From Neolecta irregularis DAH-3 (taxonomy: Eukaryota): a DNA stretch of 36,191 bases. The position numbers and the translations under genes are program-made. Location of the stretch: positions 1 to 36,191 of the forward strand of contig LXFE01000145.1 of assembly GCA_001929475.1 (NCBI GenBank), given 5' to 3'. The notes below the pieces were generated by a model that was not told where the DNA came from, did no database searches, and was given only the letters and a program-made list of their open reading frames with translations. Below are positions 25,331 through 36,191 of the stretch, in pieces (within the stretch, counting starts at the first letter, position 1; every line of letters starts with the position of its first letter).

Positions 25331-25422
25331 TCCAGACATTAAACATTTAAAACTCTACTCCGCTCTGTACAATCATGGTCGTGATATTAATACTAGCACT
25401 GCTGTAATATTCGTTGATTCAA

Positions 25423-26762
25423 TCAGATAGTGAATTTACCATCTGCGATTCGAGCTTCAGTTACCCCATCTTCACCAGTCAACCAACCTGGCATCTGCAC
25501 ACCATCAATGACACCAGACTCCACGAGGCCTTTTATTCCGGCAAAGACATGAGGTCCTTCGAATCGGATGACAACAGATGGAGTATAGCTCTCATCCTCT
25601 GGTAAAGAATTCTGTATTTTGAATTCGACTCGATCAAATGGCGCATCCAAAATTCCACCAATATCTCCATCTTGCCCTCCAAATCTTGACTCTGCGATCC
25701 TTTTTCGTAGAGATATCTCGTCAAGCGGTTCAGTAATCTGTTGACATCTCGAAAGCGGTAAATTTGCAAGAGGAGATTGATCAACGAGGTCTTTAGCGTA
25801 TACGCTCCAAGCACCAAGCGCGTTCACGTTCCGGTTAGTCCCGCACGTAATCGTCAGGCTTGAAAGAGAGCGGGAGTTATGTGGAGCTGATTTGAATTCA
25901 TACGCAGTATTTCTTGGCGAAAAAGCGTTTGCAAATGCCTGGCTGTAAATAAATGCAACTACTGCAGGTAGTACTTGTTGAATCAAGTATCCAGTAGCTT
26001 CTCGTATTTGAGTATGAAACAGGAACGATCCGGAAGATGGAATTGCGAAGAAATATACACGTTCTTGTTTGGTAGATTCCCGGACCTGAATGCGCACCAA
26101 GAGCAGTGGGAGATCAGGATGGATTTCTGCGAGGATGTGCTGACATAATTAATAAGTATTTTATGTTTAGATTTACATTTTTTGCGATTGGGTTGATATG
26201 ATCTCTAAGAACCTTGATAATCGCGCCCGGACGAATTGTGACAAAGGCTTAAAGTTAGCAATATTCTGAACAGAAATTCGTACGGGCCGTGTCTTCGCTT
26301 TGTCGATGTTTTGATGATCCTGCTGGAATAAGTTTTGAAGAATACCATCGAAGCGAATGTCCGTTAATTATAGCATCTAGTCATCAGTCTCAAACAGCCT
26401 TCAATCATAAAGCCTACTTCGTAGATCCAGTTGGGCCATTTGAGCGAGTGTGAAGCTGTGCGTCTAACCTTTAATACTAATTATAAAAATCGACGACGGA
26501 CCCAGTCGTACTCGAGTATACGGTCAATCACGACTTTTTTGTGTTCCTTTCCTTCCATCCATGCCTCGTATATCTGCTTCACATCACCGATTGTTTTTTC
26601 TTCAGAGTATCGAGGTTGACAGATTGGAGTTTCAAGCCATGACAGGACCAGGGTAATTAAAGATGTTTTGCTCAATCGGGTAAGATGCTTTCTGGTTGAT
26701 GGAGTGTGAATGATCAGTGTTGTTTCTGGAAGTGAATTAAATGGACGATATCGGGGTGCCAT
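25423..26762 (-). CDS. CHL4: Inner kinetochore subunit CENP-N (Chl4/Mis15), multi-exon
   Basis: LTRLSKTSLITLVLSWL, KKVVIDRILEYDW...QMAQLD, GAWSVYA...VDQSPL, IAESRFG, FEGPHVFAGIK.LVE.G.ID...MPGWLTGE.G. Confidence 0.85.
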
Positions 26763-26964
26763 AACGTATAAACTACGATTGCGGCCGAGGTAGGCAAGAT
26801 TGATGGTCAAAAGGGCGCATCGTCCAATTTCAACGATAACGAAGGTGAACGCAAGTAAACACTCCATTGAACAACTCTACATTATACATAAATTTTACTT
26901 CCCTTGAGATATTTTCATGACTTCCTGTAACCAATCAAGTGAGACTGTTACTGAAAAGGAGAAA

Positions 26965-28907
26965 TTAATCCTCAACCTTGGGGCGCTTGGCAGAACCGCG
27001 TCCCAAACCAGCCTTGTACCTGACAAGACAACGATCCCTGATACAATGAGTAACACAACAGAAACGATAGCGACCTTGCAAATTTGTGTTCTACAATTGG
27101 CGCGGGATAATTCAATTTTCTAAACTCTGCCTTCTTCATTCTTTCGTAGGGCGCATGAATGCTTTTCAAGTTGACGTTTTTCAATTCTGAAACCCAGCGT
27201 CTGATATAATGACCCTCTGCATCAAACTTTTCGCTTTGTAATGTTGGATTAAAAATTCGAAAATATGGCTGGGGATCCGCTCCACTTGAACTCGAAAACC
27301 CCCTTGGCATTAATCATTCCATCTTGACACAGAAAGTTACCAACCGCCATTGTTACTTGCGAAATCTCCATCAATGAGGTTCTCCATAAAATGTTTCTCG
27401 CCGCGCTTCCAATAGTATAGCAAATGCTTTGACAAAAACGAGGCAGTGATCATTCGAGCTCGATTATGCATGTATCCCGTTTCATTCAGTTGTCGCATAC
27501 CAGCGTCAACGACAGGGTACCTAGGAAATCAGAACTGAAACATAACCGAAATATACCCCGTCTTGCCTTGTACCCACGCTTCCCAGTGATCTTCATTGTT
27601 CTCCCATTCAATGTTACAAAAGTCCAGTTTGAAAGATTTGTTCATGCAAATATGGGGGAATGCGCAGAGTACGTGTCTAAACGTTCATAAGCAAAACTTT
27701 GTAAACCGTTACCGGTAAAAGTCTCTCCAAGCCAGTTCAGAAATCCATCGTGTGATCCCCTCCTTGCCTTTGTCTAGTGATTTGCTAGTATTGACTTTTT
27801 GCGCCTCAATAATAGCTTTGCGGATACTCAGTGTTCCACTGTTGAAATGCACAGAAAGATGGGAGCAGACATCCTTGCCGAGATCAGATCGCTGGGCACC
27901 ATATTCGTCGACTTTGGCATCAAGAAACAGTCTCAATCGCTCGATAGCTTCATGTTCACCGGCAGGCCATATTGATTCCATTTTTATTTTCTCGTCATGA
28001 TCTAAACTTTGGAATTCGGGTGCAGGCGGTATATCAGATGAGAACAAATTTGAGAAATGATTTCGAACAGAAGAGCATTGGTTTTTCTCTGGTGGGGGCG
28101 ATAAATTTAGTAGCAAAGGTTTACTGTGAATTAGAGAAAGCCATTTCCTAAACCACGGGCTGTAGACGGACATAGGCTTACCACCCTCAATCTTAGTACC
28201 AATTTGAAACAAAACCATACATTGGATAAGATATCCCCTGGCTTGACAACTAATGCATCGTGAAATCCCTCAAAACAAACGCCCTTATCGACACTTTTCA
28301 TGAAAAACTCGGCATCCCGCCTGGCTTCATCAACCTCATATTCGAAATTCCCAAAGAGGTGACTGGCTAGCGTGTGACTTTCAATTAAATCGAAAACAGG
28401 CATACCATTCCAAGAATGCGCAATTTCAAAAACTCTTTCGATAAGATTTTTCCGAACGTCGATAATCTCTACGAACAACGGAATATCCAACTTTGCTAAA
28501 TCCATCTTCAGGATCTTTAGACTCCGTAAATCGAAATCTATTCTTCGTGGAGACGTAGCGTGACGTTTGTAATCCTCGGGGCTTATTACATATAGACCAA
28601 GTAGAGTGGTTTGATGTTTTTTCGCGAGGAGAGAGGCTGCTGAAAGAGCAGTATTATCATGCAATCTAATATCCCTTCGAAACCAATGAATCACATTTTT
28701 CACCGGGATTTTTTCGCGCTCTGACTTGGTTTGCTTCTGAGCTTCAAGCATGAGGGTGACTGGGGTAGCACGTTCTCCGAGAACGTATTGTCGAGCCAAT
28801 GTATTAGCCATTTGACCTCTCGCAGACGAAACAGAGGCTTTACGCTTTTGTGCCGACATTTTTGTTATTGAGAAAGGAGACCTAAGCGTAGCACAGAGCA
28901 ATCGCAT
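26965..28907 (-). CDS. PHR1: Deoxyribodipyrimidine (CPD) photolyase, class I, multi-exon
   Basis: [68 protein letters not shown]. Two in-frame ATGs, at 28907 and 28859. Confidence 0.92.
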
Positions 28908-29101
28908 GAATCAAAAGAAGGCTAGAACGATATGAATGGTTATGGTCCGAGGTGAGACAGATCTATCGATTATCTCTGATTACTACGTCATCGATACTGA
29001 CTCTGATTTCTCAAATCTATTTCTGGATGCCAATTTTATGCCAGCAATATAACAAACATAATGAAGGACCGATAAATCAACACTCCAACCTTGTATTACA
29101 T

Positions 29102-31661
29102 TCAAAAATGACCTGCCTCAATATCAAATTCACCCAAATCAATTGCTAGAGCGGCATTTGTGATGATCTGAGCAACTTTATCAGCCCAGATCTGAGCCAG
29201 CTTCCAATCTTTCTCACTATTCGTTAGCACAAAGGGCGTAGTATGAATTACTCTATAGCTTCCGTAATAGAAGGAAATGTTTGCGAACCATATCCCGTAT
29301 AAATTCCAGGTGCATAAACAACATGTTTGAACCACTCTCTCTGCGGATTGCCCTCTCCAATGAAACCTCTTTCAAAGAGTTTAAATTTGGAGTTTATCGT
29401 CTGAATATGCTGCCCATAGGTTTTCTTTCCGCTCACATAAGTTGCTAGCTTTCTGGCAAGTGTGGCATTCGCATCTAACATGGCCGCGTTCTCGTGAAGA
29501 AGGACAATCGAATTGTGAAGTTTGTCAAGAGAAACACTTGGATTTTCTCCCAGAGCACTCACTAGTTTGTCAAAATAATCAGTCAATTTATAAGCGTAAT
29601 CGGTAGCGACAAAGGGAATAACAGCTGCTTCAGACAATCGAATGGCAACCAGTCCCCATATTTTTGCAGTCAGGGTATGTGATACATAGTTTGGATCTCC
29701 AAACTTCTCCATCCAGTCTAGAAAATCAGATTTCTTGCTCAGCACTTGGTTATACAAGAAGAGTCATAAGTTGAGTGATCTTGAATGTGAGTTGACATAT
29801 AATTTAGAAACTTACAGGGATGAATAGCCGTTCCATAACCAAAATTGATGTCACAACTCGTGATACCAATATGGTCCATGAAAGAAGTATAGTCACTTCC
29901 ACTTCCAAGATCTTTAATAGAACAGTTGTTCCAGGTTTGCCATTGGTCAAAAACTGATTCGTCTTTTGAAACGCTGATATCTTTGGCGACATCGCGAAGC
30001 AAAGAATACAAGAGCGGACTAGAAGAGGCTTTAAAATGGGGCCCGATGGCGGCGATATCGACATTTAGATCTGCCATGTTAACGAGTGAGGAATCCGCAA
30101 TAAATACAAGCAACTGCATTTTCACGAAGAAAATCAGCATGATCTTCAACCCATTCTGTGGACTTTTCTGGTCAGCATAATGAAAGAAGAAAAGTCTACT
30201 CCAAGTAACCCAAATTCTTCTCCATCCCAACTGGCTAGTGTACTGGATGATTTAGCGCACGTTTTCCAAAACATGAATACATTGTTCGATGTGGTGTCCA
30301 CTCATGTTGGAGAAGTTCTCCAAAACTCCTGGCTACTTCCATCAACGCAGCACTTCCACTTACAGGATCTCCAGCCCCGTATACCCAGGCATCCCGATGG
30401 TTTCCGAGTATCACAACTTCATTTCTACAAGGTAAGGTTATACTTTTAATTACCATACTCAATCGATCCGTGGATGGTTCCAATCACATTCCAAACGGAC
30501 TGTATTCCATATGTGACTTGGTTGACGAGATTAACCTCAACATCCGAAGGGCCGACATTATAGGTTGCGTCGAGTTCACCTTTCCATTCGTCAAATCTCA
30601 TTCCCTTGCCATTTAAAGCTTTTAGAAAAGGCAATGCATTTTCATAGGATATCGGTAAAGAAGGTATTGAAGGAATGACGGATTGAGGATCCATACGTTT
30701 ACTATCCTCTTTTGAAGGATAACCGGGAGTTGTTGGATCACCAGCGACAAAGCTCAAAAACTGGGCACCTCCTCGTTCAACGCTGCTATGCTGACGAGCT
30801 GGTCCATTGGGATATTCTTCATATCCATGGGCGACGCTGATGCCTCTGTCGTCGGCGGGGTCAGAATACATGAGAACAGCGCTAGCATTGAAGAGTTGTG
30901 CATGTCGTATTTTAAGGCCTCGAAAAACTTTACCGTACTGTATTGTCAGATTTGGGATTTACAAAGCAAGGTACTCTGCAAAGAATGATTTTATTCGCAA
31001 TCTCAATTCCTTCGGCAGCGAGTTTACGAAAGTCTGATATTTGACAATGGTTGACGTAAAGTAAATGACCCGTAACATTCCCGTTTGCCGAGTAACCATG
31101 GTAAGTAGGAACTTGAAATTTAGCAAGTCTGAGAGGAGGCTAAAGGGTACCAGCATTTTGCAGTTTCGAACTCTCATCCTCGGGAATGATATCTTCCATT
31201 AATTTAGCTTCATATGCAACGGCCCCAGAACTATCCAACAAGGCAAGTCTCTGAGACACCGGAGAGTTCATGTATACACGATATTCCTCAATCTTGGTGT
31301 CTTCAATTCCGTATTCAATCCATTTCTTCATGGTCCACTCAGCTAGGGGTTTGTTTTGACCAGTAGAATGCAAGCCTGACAAGTCAGAAGGCAACGTAAA
31401 AGCAGCACCTGAGGCATAGAAATGCGACCATTCTTTGATTGTGATATTGTTTGGAGTTGTAGTCATAATCTCTTCAATGGTATGCTGGGGAAGTTTCAAA
31501 GGCGAGACATCGTTTGTAAGTTTCAGGAGAATTAAGAAAAGCAACGAAGACATCCCGCAGACGATAAGAAGAGATAATATTCTTCTATTTCTCCGTGCAG
31601 ATACAGAGAATCTTTGATTTAACGAGTGGTATCGGTGCAGTTTAGATGAAAATAAATTCAT
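29102..31661 (-). CDS. M28B glutamate carboxypeptidase / transferrin-receptor-like membrane protein (Vps70/Tre-like), multi-exon
   Basis: N-terminal TM anchor, PA domain, [44 protein letters not shown], TfR dimerisation motif [17 protein letters not shown]. Confidence 0.88.
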
Positions 31662-31709
31662 TGCACGCTAGGAATTTGAGGTGTAACAAGATGAGAAACA
31701 TTAAGATAA

Positions 31710-31716
31710 TCACGTG
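31710..31716. promoter_or_regulatory. TCACGTG E-box (Cbf1-type) in the 138-bp divergent promoter between the M28 peptidase and RPL42
   Basis: Exact motif about 85 bp upstream of the RPL42 ATG. Function not demonstrated. Confidence 0.3.
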
Positions 31717-31799
31717 TATCCATAATCCCCTTAATTACCGCTAATTAGCTGACTGCCTTTTCACTCGTTCACTAGTAACCAAGTTCCGTCATCGTCAAA

Positions 31800-32302
<503 letters not shown>

Positions 32303-32633
32303 CTCGTTCGAGGTGTCGGGTGGTCATTGTATTGATAAAATAAGATTAAACTGACCTCCCGGTCTCTTGTTGATTCAATTTCGGGGCAATTCTTGTCAAC
32401 CAAACAATTCGTTTATTCCTAAAGATACCTCATCTTAAGTCACTTGCTAAGAAGCAAAACAAGAAATACAAAGCCAGACAATAAAATCTATCTACCAGAA
32501 AAACATCAAATTCATAAAATTCATAGAGCCCCTACGCAACCGACAAATGGTTTCCACAAATATCCTCCCACATGATAAATGAATGTCCGAGAAACACAAA
32601 CCAGAAACATGACAAATTAATCTTGTGCAGAAA

Positions 32634-35600
32634 TCATGCTTTTCCAAGAGCCCAGTTGATTAGTTTATCCATTTTTTGTCCTTCGGGATGAAATTCTTCG
32701 GGGACAGAAGCTAATCGACCAGGGTTAGGCGGCGTCGACTTTTCCGAAGAAAGATCTTCCCGATTAGTTGTATCGCTTCCAGCCCGTCTTCTACCGTTAC
32801 TGCAAGCTCTATTGACATCGGCAGGCTCAACCAACAAACTCCTGCGATACAAATTCGCAAAATCAGTTTTTTCCTGTCGAACTCGAGATAATTGTTTTTC
32901 GATCCAGGCTTGTAGTTCAGGGACTTCTGCCAGCCGATACGGAATTTGAAAACGCTGTAGTTCGGCGATTATGCGAGCTGTTTTCGTATGTTTGTCAAAG
33001 TTAATCATGAGGGGCGTGTCGATTGTTATTGCTGAAACCGGTCTCATATTGGGATTTCCCTCATCGACAAAAGTAAGATCGGTTAGATATTGACCTAGAA
33101 AGGGAAGGCAAGGGGGCACACTGTTTCGTAATTTGCTGCGGTAAATTGCATAGTTTCTAGTACGATCGGTTATGCTTTTCAGGTTTTCAAAAGTGGTTTT
33201 GACTTTAGTGGATAGTGCTTCCCAGGTTTTTCGTAGACGGGCGATGGTCGATGATTCCAATGCACATAATATCGACATTACAGAGCTGTAATTGTTCAAA
33301 GCAAGACATCGATCACCGATTTTAATCCATTGTTTGATAATTTGCGCTCGTCGTTTTGTGTCGGATTCTCGAAGAATAGATTCAGCTACCCATCCGGCCA
33401 TATCGGTACTTAGAGACGACATTGCTTTGACATGGATCGAGGAAGACTGTCCGCTCTTTCGGTTAAATTCTTGGCCAACAAGTTCTTCAGGCATAATATT
33501 GTTGAAAATTTCTGATTCTTTTATAGTCAACTGGCGAGCAATCTCGAGGGCATCTAAATCCAAAACACTTGGAATATCAGATTTTGGGCTTCCGGATGTA
33601 TATGTCCGTAAATGTGCAAGCTGGGCTTTAGTGATGATTGGAGGAGGTACAGGCGCCGCTTCGGAAGGGGAGAAATGACCGACAATAGGCGGCTTTCCAA
33701 TACTGCTAAGCGTACGAGGAAGAAGTAGACGGTGTCGACTGGAAGCTTTTTCCACTAATTCTTGCAGTCGTTTTGCAGCTTGCGGTAATCGAGAAGCGAG
33801 GTCCTCCTGAGCAAATTTGAGAATGACGTCAAGAGCTTCTTCATCCTGGTCTCGACGCCAGTGGCTTTCCAGCCATCCTTTGAATACATTGTATACTCGA
33901 AGACGGATTGGAGTCGCGTATTTGGATTCCCAGTCTGGATCCATGGCGTCGTTGAAGGCGGTTTGATATCGTTTTACTAAAGCCATCGCAACTTGTTGCG
34001 GTTGAGAAAATAATCTGAATGTGAGGAAAAATGTGGCCGTAAACATGGCATCGGGCGTAGAGTCGTGGATTGTCATGCGTTCAACAAGTGCAGAGAGGGT
34101 GCCGCCGGAAACCTAGGATATGAGCACTGTCACCGGCGACGGCTTACTTGTCCCTCGGCATTGAACATGATGCCTGGCTGCTCTGGGGACAGCCAATGAG
34201 CAAGAGGAGTCGATGGATCTTCCGAGGGGTGGGGCGGTTCTGGGGTAGTTGCCATTGATGAAGTATTAAAGTCAGTTCCGGTCGAGTTGCGGAATTCTGA
34301 AGCAACTTGCTGGCTGCCACAAGGATTCCGTAACATTGTCATTTTATCGCGACGAATTCGAGTTCCGGGCAACATATAATCCTGTTGGTCTGTGCTTTCG
34401 ACCGAGGAATTAAAGGAACTAGCCGAACTGGTATTGACCAGAGGGTGAAATGTTTCGTGATCTGAGGGTTCGGAATTTCTACGAACAGTTTCGATACTGG
34501 GAGCCGAGGTTGTGTCGGATAGCGCGGTGGCTGGTCTCGACGAAACGCTGGAGCCGCAACTGGGAAGAGGAGGGACTTGAAGCTCATCGGCTGTTGGGGA
34601 GGTTGGAGTCGGAGGAAGCGGTTTTTCGTCGCTTGAAGGTGGTTTCTGTATTTGGGGACTAGCGAGATCGTCTATTTGAATAGATGAGGGCCGTCTTATT
34701 TCAAAGTCTCCCACGACTTCGAGCACAAATCTTGCTTTTGCGACGCACTCTCCTGCGCCTCGAACGCAGCCTGTAGCGGCTTCGACCAGGGGCCGGCCTT
34801 CGACTTCGCAGATGACGCCTTCGTCGTCTCCATTGTGAATCGAGACGACGTCTGTTGCGGCGGTAACGAGGGCGGCAACGCGGGCATTCATGGACTCCTT
34901 TGCGGTATGCAGGCCGCCGGGGGTTCTAGTGTTTTGCTGCATGAGCTGCCGAAGGCAAATTGCATCGATGATGGCGAGGAGGTCTCGCGCAGCCTGGACA
35001 GCCTGCCTGGTAGTTGCGAGCAGCTGGGAGGGCGAGCGAGACTGGATTTGCAGACAGCCGATGTAGGATGCAAGATAGGAGAGGAGGGTATCGTGGCAGG
35101 TAGTGAGTCTGGCGGAGGCGGTCAAGGACCTGGATATCCTGCGACTGAGGCGATCCTGGGCCGCGGAGTCGAAGGAGGGGTTTGAGCGATGCGAGTGGGC
35201 GATGGAGGGGCGGCGGCTTTTTGGGGTGGTGTCTGCGGGGGGGGTCTGGGGGATTTGGGGGTGGTCTGGCCAGATTTCGGAGGAGGGGCCTACGGCTTCG
35301 AGGAAGCGACCTGCTCTGGAGACGACCCTGTCTGTCTGGCGGACCATTTCGTCCGCGAGGGCGCCCATTTCGTCGGCCTCGTGCTCGTCGTGGGCGTGTT
35401 TTGAGGCCGCGACGAGCGAGCTCAGCTCGTGGAGGAGGATTTTGCGTTCTCTGCGGACGGCGTTGTCTGACTGGACGAGGTAGCAGTCGCGGGTGAGGCA
35501 GTCTGTGGCGACCTGGGGGGGGGAGGTCAGGGTCTGGGGGCTGTGCAGGGGAGGTACGAGCAGGCCGCGGATGGCGCTGACCACGCAGGCGACGGCGGCC

Positions 35601-36073
35601 TGGTAGTGGGAGGCGCGCTTGGCCCTGACTGTTGCGTAGAGCAGGCTGGAGGCGGAGATGACGGGGCGCATGGCGGCGAGGGTGTACTGCTCGCAGTAGT
35701 TTGACGGGAACCAGCCGCGGCGGCCGGACGCGAGGATCGTGCCAAACGCCCAGCCGGACGGGTGCAGCGTGTGCACCTGCAGGATCTGGTTGTCCTCGAG
35801 CGCCAGGCACTCGGCGTGCGCGGCAGACACCAGCGCGGGCTCGAACGCGTGCAGCACCCGCAGGTACGCCGGCGGCACTGCGCGGGCAGACAGGGGCGGC
35901 TGTGTGTGTGTGTGTGGGTGCGACTGTGGGTGCGGCTGCGACTGTGGGTGCTGCAACTGCAACTGCGGCTCCTGCTCCTGCTCGGGCTCCGGCGGCGGCG
36001 TCATTGCCTCCCGCAGCTTCTGCGACGGGCGCCGGATGCTGCGGCTGGCGGCTGGCTCGACGGCAGCTGGCAT
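32634..36073 (-). CDS. SH3-REM-CDC25 Ras-family guanine nucleotide exchange factor (Bud5/Efc25-like)
   Basis: SH3 domain (LHPSGWAFG...GRRGWFPSNYC), REM domain (GGTLSALVERMT, FFLTFRLF) and CDC25 domain (EIARQLT, LNNYSS, PCLPFLGQYLTDLTFVDEGN, INFDK). First in-window ATG is 36073, but the frame stays open to the window edge. Confidence 0.88.
35895..35995. repeat. Low-complexity/microsatellite tract ((TG)n, ctgcaa and tgtgggtgc repeats), coding Q/P/H-rich linker
   Basis: Encodes EPEQEQEPQLQLQHPQSQPHPQSHPHTHTQ in the RasGEF. Confidence 0.75.
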
Positions 36074-36191
36074 CGCGGTCGGGGTCGGGGATGGCGGTGC
36101 AGGGTTGGCTGCCAGACGCCGCGGCGGTGCGCCCAGTGGCGGGTCCACGCGCGAAACAAGCGCGCGACGGGCCGCGTCACGTGCGCCCCCC

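Noticed and set aside
20496-28907. PNK1, CUB1, CHL4 and PHR1 as a DNA-repair gene cluster
   Set aside because: They are interspersed with unrelated housekeeping genes, and proximity is expected in a compact genome.
34926-35810. 294-aa Arg/Pro-rich alternative-frame ORF and nearby antisense ORFs
   Set aside because: Artefacts of very high GC within the RasGEF CDS.

Overview
Gene-dense fungal genomic DNA. Introns are very short (about 33-50 nt) and spacers small, which fits a compact Taphrinomycotina-type ascomycete such as Neolecta (inference only). I can support about 22 spliced protein-coding genes: a secreted double-cupredoxin protein, DHX35 helicase, DPM2 (absent from the ORF track), SFM1, IGO1/endosulfine, PTC5, an orphan multi-exon gene, SIW14, MES1, LTO1, RUD3, YPI1, PNK1, a small HSP20, RPP1, CUB1/DUF2408, CHL4/CENP-N, PHR1 photolyase, a VPS70-like M28 peptidase, RPL42 (absent from the ORF track) and an SH3-RasGEF. 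I saw no tRNA, rRNA, transposon or CRISPR array. The most notable observations are: (1) recurrent GC-rich islands that cut through genes and show a G-to-C strand-skew inversion next to tandem repeats, resembling meiotic double-strand-break hotspot scars; (2) the orphan gene, whose C-terminus resembles the TopoVIB-like (Rec6/Rec102/TOP6BL) transducer helix; (3) frequent GC-AG micro-introns; (4) dual-targeting signals in PTC5 and PHR1; (5) a PMP-like transmembrane small ORF. Exon boundaries were read by eye and are approximate.
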